A DNA stretch of 64,000 bases from a virus. Position numbers and translations under genes: made by a program. Numbering within the stretch: the first letter of the stretch is position 1; each line of letters starts with the position of its first letter. The DNA lies in IMG/VR virus record IMGVR_UViG_3300022752_000035, positions 31,985 through 95,984 of that record; one strand, 5' to 3'. Below are positions 18,401 through 26,410 of this stretch, piece after piece. Under the pieces are notes generated by a model that was not told where the DNA came from, did not search any database, and worked only from the letters and a program-made list of their open reading frames with translations.

Positions 18401-20891
18401 TTCCCACATATCCTATTCCATATTTCCAAGGCCCTCTATAAGTAATTCCTGGCCCGCTTAACGATCTTCCAGAATATCCTACAGCAAGATTAAGTATCAT
18501 TCCTTCGTTAGGTCTTTCACCATCTAAAGCTCTTATCTTTAAATAATAGATTCCTCCAACTAATGGTTGACCAAATATTTGATTTGCACTATTTAAATAT
18601 GTTTCTAAACCCGTTGGCCAGTCACCTTCGCCCACACCAGAAATAGTTGTTGGAGAAAATTCAAATCTTGTAGCTCTAGAATTAGTTTGTATTTGATAAA
18701 AAAATGCATTTTCTAAAGGAGTACTAACATATCCAGGACTTGTAAATATATCTGAATTTGGAGGTCTAAATCCACTTATTGCAGAAACTTTAACATTTTT
18801 ATTTTTTGTGATAAGCTCATTTTCGTATCCAATTCCAGTATCATAATAATTATTAAATAAAAATAATTCTCCTTTGCCAGTAATATCTCCTCCAAGTTTA
18901 GCTTCAAAAACAGTATATCCACCTGTATTATTTCCACCAATTCCATTGGTTCCTGTGATTTGCGTTAAATTTTTATTAACTATTTCTAATGGAAAATTTT
19001 TTATCTCTTTATATCCTAAAAGATTTTGAGTACCAGAATAACCGCTGAAATATATTAAATTTGCATTAGAAGCATTGATTCCAGATATTCTAATATAACC
19101 TAAATTATTATATAATGTATTAGAGGATGAGCAATCATAAATAGTAGGCAAAATATCAATAGACTTATTAGAAGGTAATATATAACTTTCATCAAAACGA
19201 TTTCTTTTAATTTTAATTCTAGCTTGAGGATTTCTCACTTCTCTTGGGACTTTAAATCTTATACCAGTTGCAGAATTACTTATTTTAATTCCACTTATTA
19301 AATAATCATTTGGTGCATCAACATTTCCAGTTATACCTAAGAAAAATACTTCAGAATCAGTTAAATTACCATAATCTCCAGAAGTTCCACTAGAACTATA
19401 AATTTCCATTTCATCTAAATATTTAGCGGCTTGTATTCCAGATAAATATCTTATATTAATGTTATTTTCTGATAGTCTTACTGTAGATACTAAAAGATTG
19501 TTTGTAGAAGGAGATTTAATTAAAATACCAGAATTTGGAAAATCAACAGAAAATATTTGAAGTGAAGTTGTTGTATAAGCATTTGGTAATACAAATGATG
19601 CTCTATCTGCAGCAGAATTTATTGTGATATCTTTTTTCAAAACATTTGGTTGACCAAGATTAATATAATTTATACGCTGTAAATATTTTCCACTTATCGT
19701 TATTAATGCTCCAGTACCCGCAAGAACATCATTTGGAGAAAAACCACTAGCAATTAAAGGAGGATAAAAAACATTTAAAATATTTTTAGTTTTATCTGAG
19801 CCATATTTACCAGAAACAGTGATATAATCTGATGAACTATAATTAGGTATATCAAAATATAATCCTGTATTTTCTATTAGAGAATAATTAGAAATGCTTT
19901 GATCTCCAATTTTTAAATCAGTAAAAAATGATAAATTATCTCCAGTTAAAACGATTTGAGTTGATTCTATTAATCCTGTCGTTGGATAAAAACCATAAAT
20001 ATTGGGGTAACCAGAGATATAAAAATTATCAAATTTTGTTCCACTATTAATCCCCCTAAATTTTAAATTTTCTATAATTCCACTTTGATTTCTTCTTATA
20101 TTATAAGGAACTTGGAACTCTATAAATTGTAAAGATCCAGTATTTTCATATTTTTCATAAAGGAAATTTATTAGACCATTTTTTCCATTTCCTATATTTG
20201 GGATAAATTCTACCCCAGTCGTTTGATTAGGCACTGTAAAAATTCCAGAATTAGTTATATCAAAACTGCCTAAAGATCCATTAATTCCAGTTGTAGATAC
20301 TGTTAGTATGGCGTATGAATTAGTATCATATTTTTTAAATCCTTGTAAATAAAATGTATCGCCTATATTATAACCAGATCCATAATTTTGAATATTTCCT
20401 CCAGTAACTCTATATAATCCTGTTTCTATAAAAGATGGATTTACTTTATTTCCACTATTATCTATAAAAGATAGATTTGCTCCTGGATTTAAATTATATC
20501 CAGAAATTTTAACGTACTCTCCTGGTAGAACATTTTTATTATCAAAACCACTTATGATTGGCTGATCTAAAATATTTAGATTAATGTAATTTGATGAAAC
20601 ACTTGCGTCATTATAAACGTAAACTTTATATTTAGATGGAGTAATTCCAGATATGGTGAAACCAACTAAATTATCTCCTAAAGTATTATTAATCCCAGAA
20701 ATATTTTTATTATTTAATCCATCAATAGAAAAATCATATGAAGAATTGTAAATATTTTGTCCAGAGATTTTTATTATGTTTTTCTTAAATTGTTCTCCAG
20801 ATATAAAAATAGTTTCTCCATTAATCGCTATAAATCCAGTAGGAGGAGAAATTACTGGTTGAGCAGATTGTATTGTAAATAACACGCTCAT
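15417..20891 (-). CDS. large tail fibre/adhesin: IPT/TIG repeats, Ig domain, CBM-like module, lectin-like repeats, YadA-head-like GGxxN repeats
   Basis: PIISGF...VKISGYNL; WPTGL...IFGQP; YRGPW; repeated STIGGGxxN, SIAGGVNN and VLGGSNN. Confidence 0.72.
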   Translation of the reverse strand: MSVLFTIQSAQPVISPPTGFIAINGETIFISGEQFKKNIIKISGQNIYNSSYDFSIDGLNNKNISGINNTLGDNLVGFTISGITPSKYKVYVYNDASVSSNYINLNILDQPIISGFDNKNVLPGEYVKISGYNLNPGANLSFIDNSGNKVNPSFIETGLYRVTGGNIQNYGSGYNIGDTFYLQGFKKYDTNSYAILTVSTTGINGSLGSFDITNSGIFTVPNQTTGVEFIPNIGNGKNGLINFLYEKYENTGSLQFIEFQVPYNIRRNQSGIIENLKFRGINSGTKFDNFYISGYPNIYGFYPTTGLIESTQIVLTGDNLSFFTDLKIGDQSISNYSLIENTGLYFDIPNYSSSDYITVSGKYGSDKTKNILNVFYPPLIASGFSPNDVLAGTGALITISGKYLQRINYINLGQPNVLKKDITINSAADRASFVLPNAYTTTSLQIFSVDFPNSGILIKSPSTNNLLVSTVRLSENNINIRYLSGIQAAKYLDEMEIYSSSGTSGDYGNLTDSEVFFLGITGNVDAPNDYLISGIKISNSATGIRFKVPREVRNPQARIKIKRNRFDESYILPSNKSIDILPTIYDCSSSNTLYNNLGYIRISGINASNANLIYFSGYSGTQNLLGYKEIKNFPLEIVNKNLTQITGTNGIGGNNTGGYTVFEAKLGGDITGKGELFLFNNYYDTGIGYENELITKNKNVKVSAISGFRPPNSDIFTSPGYVSTPLENAFFYQIQTNSRATRFEFSPTTISGVGEGDWPTGLETYLNSANQIFGQPLVGGIYYLKIRALDGERPNEGMILNLAVGYSGRSLSGPGITYRGPWKYGIGYVGSNLRRDVVKYSREGVNHWYAAYTNIDSEPQAGNPNWIPFTNEFAATATQILLAEESNITNALNIGQEGILSGYIKTVNDKNVDEGSGFYLGYDNRYNFNKPKFRVGNEDGYIKFDGQGLDILGPLSGVVTTSKNIKNANNIVEADSSVALGINNKIDKKTDNVFIFGTNNLISGSRRSSIIAGKNNVISTVKSFFSDNSTIGGGENNTLLGSFCNIVGGFGNTIDATSTGLSSIANQMFIKNINNEADIYLIEYPSQLFTDELAILTNIESNNNIYKVDKISDITTIDYVLDVYPNINNDNKIKIYNWISLLSPNLYSGSFIGTGNSVCEFKTERTGLNLGSKTYKINFTQPFVNSNELIIMPNLIGNNGVYKSINISGLNRTGFYIDFPNVLEENVLLDYFVGIKGFFTGAELNDGVHLEINKVYPFQKLITGTGYRYDIPLERKGINFFNIYDNNINWFPLGAISGNTSDLRLTLSAELKDNNHYININSLGFTGKYSGENIQVYQTGLKSGENLLYINLLSGILDTGYAPLCNIIQSGNSSKNIYSHFISGKSSTGFYFHTSRPIDQDAQVNVSIYRTGEFNIDNTKINVNSLTYTGFLNNELNINFNNYLNYDSPKVFLSIENINNDNIYLQRLKNIYQTGLNIQLSDNIATGDRIKINYIIFSNTGSGLFDVQQNILIDNSASFTGDINIKFIDKFNLSPKIFGRAYSSLDEIYLHNISNTGNDGFSFSLSAPLSVNQMTGLIYEYIASDLEKDLNIAKSVLSTFNYARLGAFGFSDIGSSTIGGGTGNYIKGLVSSIAGGVNNTIIGDFNLIPGGRSNKIIDIFNPNDQYPKSAFCTVLGGSNNLVTGNLQYTNIVGGSGNLIVNNNNIYSDSFSSILGGSLNIVSGTYSNVLGGTNNLISGSYSNALGKNITIKNSGSIVLSDASTGVKNISQENTLFLNFANGIYITGQDPNHSPIVFDLTKLPTTNSFIPKGGVWLSGGVLCVKT

Positions 20892-22597
20892 TCAAATAAT
20901 CCTCCATCTTCAGTCATCATCTGTATAGTGTATCTTCCAGTAGGTATGTTACTCAATGGAATATACCCGCTTAATAAATTTTTATTGATAATTCTAAATG
21001 AAGTTTGAAAGGTGCTTTTATTTTCTTGATAAATATTGTCAGAATATCTAAATTTAACAAAACAACTATCATATTGATAAGGACTATCAATTAATATTGG
21101 TTTTTTAAAGCTTTTACCTTGAATCATTATATTACTGCCTCGATATCCACTATTAGGTAATACTGCCAAAGGCATTGGAGTTTCAGAAAACGCGCTAATA
21201 GAAGTTTTCGATATCCCTGTTTGATTTATTAATATTACATTACCATTAATATAATATTCAGAATTTGGTATTTTAAATGACATACTATTTTTATCTTTAA
21301 TTATTACGTCTTCTAACGGAAGCCTTTCTTGAAATGTGTTTGCATTGCCTGTTAACAAATAAATTTTTTTGTAATAGGAATTTTTTCCATTATAAATGAA
21401 TGTAGATAAATCTGTGCCAGTGTTATCTATCGTGAAGTAATTTAAACGGAAGGATTTATTATTAGCAGCATTTGGAATCGCTATATCGAAAGAATTTTTT
21501 TGCAGATTATATATATTCGTTGCGGAAAAAGTTGTGCCTATATCTACATTATTAATTTTTTCAATGCTAGTAAATAGAAATGGTGGATATAGATTATTAT
21601 CTACGCGATTTATAGGATCAAAATAAATTGTTTGACTCGAATAATTTGGATCTATATCAACATAACTTCTTTTAAAAAATCCAGAGTCAAAAATAAATCC
21701 ACTAGAATTGATTAGTAATACGTTTAAATTTGTAGCATATCCAAAAGCATTTTCAATAGTCAAATCAAATGATCCCGTAGTTTTATTACTTATATAGCTA
21801 TCATCATGATCTGCTCCGCTTTGCACAATATTATAAAAAATAGCATAATCTGTATTATTTAATTTTCTAGGAAGGTCTATAGTATAATTTAAATAACCTG
21901 ATTGTAACGGAGTTGTAAAAGCTTGAAATTCATCATTAAGTACGCCTGATGACATAGAGAGTAAATGATTTTCATAATATTTTTGTAGTAAATTACCAGG
22001 AATATCATATTTTATTTGGATAGATTTTCCACTGCTATAATTAAAATCATTTATATTTAAAAGTTTATAATCTTCGATCTCTGCTCTTAAATTAATATTT
22101 TGCACTAAATTTATATCTCCCACGCCAGTCTTTGTTGACATTGGAATATTAAAAGTATTTTTTTCTCCGCTAAAATAATAATTAATATCATCTAATATAG
22201 GTGTCGCTAAAATATATCCACTAACTATAGAAGTTAATACTTTTCCACTTAAATTAATGATAGATCCCTCTGATCCATTTTTCGGGTCAAAATCTTGAAT
22301 TGTAAAAATTGGTAAAAATGGTAAATTATTTTGGCCAGTAATTTCAAAGCTATCTGACGATATGACTAATTTACCAGTATTTGGATCTGATGGCACAATA
22401 AATTCCATTTTTTGAGTTCCATTCACGAGCGCAAAATTTATTTTTTCTCCAGCGAAAAAAAGATTATCAACATAATCCAAATCTTCACCATAAATTGAAA
22501 CGACCTGCCCTAACATTCCAACTGGACTAGACGTAGAAGTAATCTTAGGATTAGGAGGAATATACTTGAAAAGTCCTGTTGATGTAATAAGTCCCAT
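20888..22597 (-). CDS. IPT/TIG-domain tail protein
   Basis: PKITS...VSIYGEDL...FIVP; FDPKNGSEGSIINLSG; PNSGYRGSNIMIQG. Confidence 0.7.
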   Translation of the reverse strand: MGLITSTGLFKYIPPNPKITSTSSPVGMLGQVVSIYGEDLDYVDNLFFAGEKINFALVNGTQKMEFIVPSDPNTGKLVISSDSFEITGQNNLPFLPIFTIQDFDPKNGSEGSIINLSGKVLTSIVSGYILATPILDDINYYFSGEKNTFNIPMSTKTGVGDINLVQNINLRAEIEDYKLLNINDFNYSSGKSIQIKYDIPGNLLQKYYENHLLSMSSGVLNDEFQAFTTPLQSGYLNYTIDLPRKLNNTDYAIFYNIVQSGADHDDSYISNKTTGSFDLTIENAFGYATNLNVLLINSSGFIFDSGFFKRSYVDIDPNYSSQTIYFDPINRVDNNLYPPFLFTSIEKINNVDIGTTFSATNIYNLQKNSFDIAIPNAANNKSFRLNYFTIDNTGTDLSTFIYNGKNSYYKKIYLLTGNANTFQERLPLEDVIIKDKNSMSFKIPNSEYYINGNVILINQTGISKTSISAFSETPMPLAVLPNSGYRGSNIMIQGKSFKKPILIDSPYQYDSCFVKFRYSDNIYQENKSTFQTSFRIINKNLLSGYIPLSNIPTGRYTIQMMTEDGGLFE

Positions 22598-22602
22598 ATG
22601 CT

Positions 22603-23574
22603 TTATGCTAAAGTTAGCATCCTTATTTGTTGATTTGTTATATTCTTAACTCTAGGAACAACAGCAGTGATTGTATTTCTATTATTTATTACAAAACTAT
22701 CAGCTTCATATTCTCCAAAAAATACTTGAGCCACATAATTAAAGTTAGTACCATTTATTTTAATTTTATCTTTATAGCGACCAGATGTAGGAGTAAAATC
22801 AGTTATAGTAGCTTCTTCAATAACATTAAACTGTCTAATAGTCAACTCGTTAGTCAAGAATTCTTCAGATTTTGCTTGAAAAGTTTTTTTAGTTAAAAAT
22901 CCAGTCACGCCATATCCTTGAGTTATAAGAGATGTTCCAAAAGGCGCAGTACCTAACACAACTCCAACTCGTGATCCAGAGATTTCTAATAATGGATTTA
23001 AATTATCACAAGTTATATTTAAAGTAGTCTCCTTTAATCCAAAAACTCCTCTTCTTTCATAAGTATCACCAATATACATTTCTGGTCTTATATCAGTAGA
23101 ATAACTGTAATTAGCGTTTAAATAGGAGCCAGTTAAATTTTGATTATTAAAATTACTAATGCTAATTTCATTAACATGTACAATAGATTCTGAGTAATCT
23201 GCATTATCATATACTGGAGAAAAAGATCCAGTAGGAGATCTAAAAAATAAAATCTCTGTTGTACAGACTATCGGATTATGCGGTGCAAATCTAGCGTTAA
23301 AACTTTTTATATAACCAGTTTGTTGAATTCCACCAAAATCAAATTTTACGCCATCATCTAAATACAATAAATTTTTAATTGGATCTTGTCCAGTATAATA
23401 ATAACTAAAACTGAGTGATCCTTGAATGGTATTATCTGGTCTAACATCTTCAGCATGTCTTTGTCCAAGTTCTATGTATGGACTAATTTGAGCCTCATAT
23501 GACATTTGAGCCTCAGTAGCAATAATCAATTGATTATTTATTTTTAAACTTACATTTTTTCCATTATAAAACAT
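22603..23574 (-). CDS. tail-tube-like protein with C-terminal IPT domain
   Basis: Duplicated tube motif (AQMSYEAQISPYIELG; ANYSYSTDIRPEMYIG), then ITDFTPTSG...IKINGTNF. Confidence 0.6.
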   Translation of the reverse strand: MFYNGKNVSLKINNQLIIATEAQMSYEAQISPYIELGQRHAEDVRPDNTIQGSLSFSYYYTGQDPIKNLLYLDDGVKFDFGGIQQTGYIKSFNARFAPHNPIVCTTEILFFRSPTGSFSPVYDNADYSESIVHVNEISISNFNNQNLTGSYLNANYSYSTDIRPEMYIGDTYERRGVFGLKETTLNITCDNLNPLLEISGSRVGVVLGTAPFGTSLITQGYGVTGFLTKKTFQAKSEEFLTNELTIRQFNVIEEATITDFTPTSGRYKDKIKINGTNFNYVAQVFFGEYEADSFVINNRNTITAVVPRVKNITNQQIRMLTLA

Positions 23575-23575
23575 A

Positions 23576-24406
23576 TTAATAATACTGTACTATTGTTTTT
23601 GTTGATCGAACAATATCGTCTAAATTAGATTCAATAGTAGAGTTATTAATAAATGCATCTGGCATTTCTATAGTAAAGCTATTTGAATCTAAGAGTCCAG
23701 ATATTTGAATTTTTAGAGGTATATTTTCTCCAGTATAAACTAATTTTGTAAATAAATTTTCCGTCATATTTATAGTTTCTTGAGCTCTAATTGGTTTTAC
23801 TTCGATTGGAGTTTGTTGACCTAAAGCATAAATTGGTGTTAAATTACATGTGAATGTATAAGTTAAATTATACAAATCTCCAGTTAATTCACTTGCTGTA
23901 CCTTTAGCAAATATATTTCTACCAGAGACTAAATTAGTTTTAGAACTATGAGCAATACTATCTGCAGATGCATTGTTTGGATTAACTAAATCTCTAGGAG
24001 TTTGAAATAAAGTATTTGTTATAACTGGTTCATAAGTCACATAACTTACTTGAGCAGTAACAACGTTATTTGGTTCAATTTTAAAATTATAATTATTTAA
24101 ATAGCATTTTTGACCAGTTACTCCTGCAAATCCTATTGTAACTCCATTATAATTACTTGGAGCAGAAATAAAATTTTTAATTTCTTTAACAGTAGTAAAA
24201 GCTGGGTCTCCAGTAGGATTAATTAAATATGAAATTTGAAAAGTACTAGAACTTGGACCCGTAGTAATCTGTTTTTTAAATGGCTTTCTTTTGCCTAAAG
24301 TATAAACTGGACCCATAGTTATATCAGAATTAAAATTAGCAGAAATAGCCAAAACTCCAGTATTATTAATCTTTATCTCGCATTGATCGTAATATATTCT
24401 AGCCAT
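23576..24406 (-). CDS. tail-tube-like protein
   Basis: SANFNSDITMGPVYTLG and NLTYTFTCNLTPIYALG resemble motifs in 50125..51225. Confidence 0.6.
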   Translation of the reverse strand: MARIYYDQCEIKINNTGVLAISANFNSDITMGPVYTLGKRKPFKKQITTGPSSSTFQISYLINPTGDPAFTTVKEIKNFISAPSNYNGVTIGFAGVTGQKCYLNNYNFKIEPNNVVTAQVSYVTYEPVITNTLFQTPRDLVNPNNASADSIAHSSKTNLVSGRNIFAKGTASELTGDLYNLTYTFTCNLTPIYALGQQTPIEVKPIRAQETINMTENLFTKLVYTGENIPLKIQISGLLDSNSFTIEMPDAFINNSTIESNLDDIVRSTKTIVQYY

Positions 24407-24433
24407 ATTCCTTTCTCCTTTTACCTCTTTAAA

Positions 24434-24439
24434 TTACAC
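24434..24439 (-). promoter_or_regulatory. GTGTAA putative late promoter
   Basis: 27 nt upstream of ATG 24406; leader AGGTAAAAGGAGAAAGG. Confidence 0.6.
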
Positions 24440-25245
24440 TATCTTGATACAGTACTTTCATAAGTTAACTGCATTAGAGCGCTACCATCTACATCAGTAT
24501 TGTAATCTTCTCGGGTTAATAAAGCGTCTGCGATATTAAAAGAATTAACAATATGAGATGAATTATTTTTCTTTAAATTAATATCAAAATTGTAAATATT
24601 TTGTTTTTGAGGATAATCAAATAAACTTTTATTTTGGTAATCATGTAAAGATATAGAAAAACTTGTCGTTATAACAATTGGATACTGTAATTTAACATCT
24701 ACAGGCTTAACAGATGTAGCATCAAAAATTGGCAATCTATTGCATTTTATATTAATATTTAAATTATTAATTTTTTCAGCTTCTAATTCATTAAAATTCA
24801 GCTCTATATCTCCAGGATTTACAATATTTAACTTACTTTCTTCCATAATAAATGGTAGTTTTGGAGAAGATATATTACCAAAATCACTATAAAAATTCCA
24901 TTTTGTAGTTAAAGTAGGTATAGTACCTACTCCACAAGAAAATTGATATTCGGCCATATATCCACTATTCATACCAAAAGTGTTATTATCGTACTGAATT
25001 TTAAAATTTACCCCATTTTCGCCAGTATATTGAATAAACTGATCAGAATTTATAAATAAAGTCTCTAAATTTAATGCTCCTATAAATGCTCCTATAGGCG
25101 CTATATTTAAATGATTATTATTTGAACCCAAATATTTAATATTTTCTATAGGCAAATCATAACTGGCTGAAATAGATTGAGCGCCTGTTATGGGCGTATC
25201 ATTAATATAAATCCTATTAAATTCTCTTGTAAATCTTGATAACAT
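24439..25245 (-). CDS. tail-tube-like protein
   Basis: QSISASYDLPIENIKYLG and NLNINIKCNRLPIFD..LQYPIVITTSF parallel the major tube protein. Confidence 0.62.
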   Translation of the reverse strand: MLSRFTREFNRIYINDTPITGAQSISASYDLPIENIKYLGSNNNHLNIAPIGAFIGALNLETLFINSDQFIQYTGENGVNFKIQYDNNTFGMNSGYMAEYQFSCGVGTIPTLTTKWNFYSDFGNISSPKLPFIMEESKLNIVNPGDIELNFNELEAEKINNLNINIKCNRLPIFDATSVKPVDVKLQYPIVITTSFSISLHDYQNKSLFDYPQKQNIYNFDINLKKNNSSHIVNSFNIADALLTREDYNTDVDGSALMQLTYESTVSR

Positions 25246-25258
25246 ACCTTATGCCTTG

Positions 25259-25290
25259 TAATAATTACACCCCTTTAAGTGTAATTATTA
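25259..25290. promoter_or_regulatory. divergent late-promoter pair forming a perfect 12-bp inverted repeat
   Basis: TAATAATTACAC-ccctttaa-GTGTAATTATTA between divergent genes. Confidence 0.75.
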
Positions 25291-25310
25291 ATATAAAAGG
25301 AGCAAGGTTT

Positions 25311-25787
25311 ATGCAAGGAGTATATGAAGAATTATATACATTTTTAGTGTCAAAGAATGTAGAGGAAACAAAATTGTATTGTTTTAAAGATTGGCTTACG
25401 TGGTATATTGATAATAATCTTTATCACGTTCAAAGAAATGAAAATGGGCAGATAGAAAAAGTATTTTTTATTCGAAGGTTAAACTCTAATGATATCAGTG
25501 AATTTCCAGATTATATTCATCCAGATCTTCCAAATATAGATAAAATTACAAAATATTACCTGCATAGGCCTGAAGGAAACGTCTTTTATGGAGAATTATT
25601 AATTGATGATAAAAACAATGATGATTTAAAAGTAGAAAATTTAAATTTTGCTTTTACTTGGGCTATTAACAAGTTCAATCCACCCATCATTGATCCATCA
25701 TATATACTTTTATATTATAAAAAAGGCCACAAAGTTAAGATGAATATGAAAGATATAGAAGATATTATTTCAAGATACAGAGGATAA
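25311..25787 (+). CDS. hypothetical protein (first gene of tail-tip operon)
   Basis: Start moved to ATG 25311 after AAGGAGCAAGG. Confidence 0.6.
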   Translation: MQGVYEELYTFLVSKNVEETKLYCFKDWLTWYIDNNLYHVQRNENGQIEKVFFIRRLNSNDISEFPDYIHPDLPNIDKITKYYLHRPEGNVFYGELLIDDKNNDDLKVENLNFAFTWAINKFNPPIIDPSYILLYYKKGHKVKMNMKDIEDIISRYRG

Positions 25788-25792
25788 AACAT

Positions 25793-26389
25793 ATGGGAAT
25801 GGGCACTCCAAATATTTCAAGGTCTTTTGGCTCCGAAGATACTGGATCTATAAATGACGGAATGATTACATGGGCAAATAAATCTTTAGGATATAATTTT
25901 TTAAAAAATGATATAATTAAATATAAAGGAGATTTTTGGTATTGCATTAAAGACCATTTTAAAAATGTAGAAAGTGAACCAGGTACAAACTCAGGTAATA
26001 CATATTGGGGAGGAGTAATAGTCCTTTCAAATAATATGTTAATTACAAAATTTATCTGGACACCTTCTTATACATCTGCTATTCAACATAAACCAAGCGT
26101 TACAACAATTAGATTTGGTAATGGATATGAGCAAAGAATTTCTAAAACCATTAATCCTGATTTAAAAACGTTACAATTAAATTTTGATCAAAGAAATTCA
26201 AGAGAAGCTAGAGCAATTATACATTTTTTAAAACAAAGAGCTGGCGTTCAAGCTTTCGCTTATAATCCAGGAGATATTTATTCTGAACAGAGTTATAGAA
26301 CAAAATATGTTTGTAGAGAATGGGAAACTAATTTTACATTTAAAGAAAATTATTCTGTCCGTGCAAAATTTGAAGAAGTTTCTGCTTGA
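25793..26389 (+). CDS. lambda gpM-like minor tail protein with N-terminal CBM-like module
   Basis: F.W.P...PSVTTIRFGNGYEQR...IN...IIHFLKQRAGVQAF...YVCREW...AKFEEV. Confidence 0.85.
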   Translation: MGMGTPNISRSFGSEDTGSINDGMITWANKSLGYNFLKNDIIKYKGDFWYCIKDHFKNVESEPGTNSGNTYWGGVIVLSNNMLITKFIWTPSYTSAIQHKPSVTTIRFGNGYEQRISKTINPDLKTLQLNFDQRNSREARAIIHFLKQRAGVQAFAYNPGDIYSEQSYRTKYVCREWETNFTFKENYSVRAKFEEVSA

Positions 26390-26410
26390 TGAAAGAAATG
26401 GAGAAATAAT

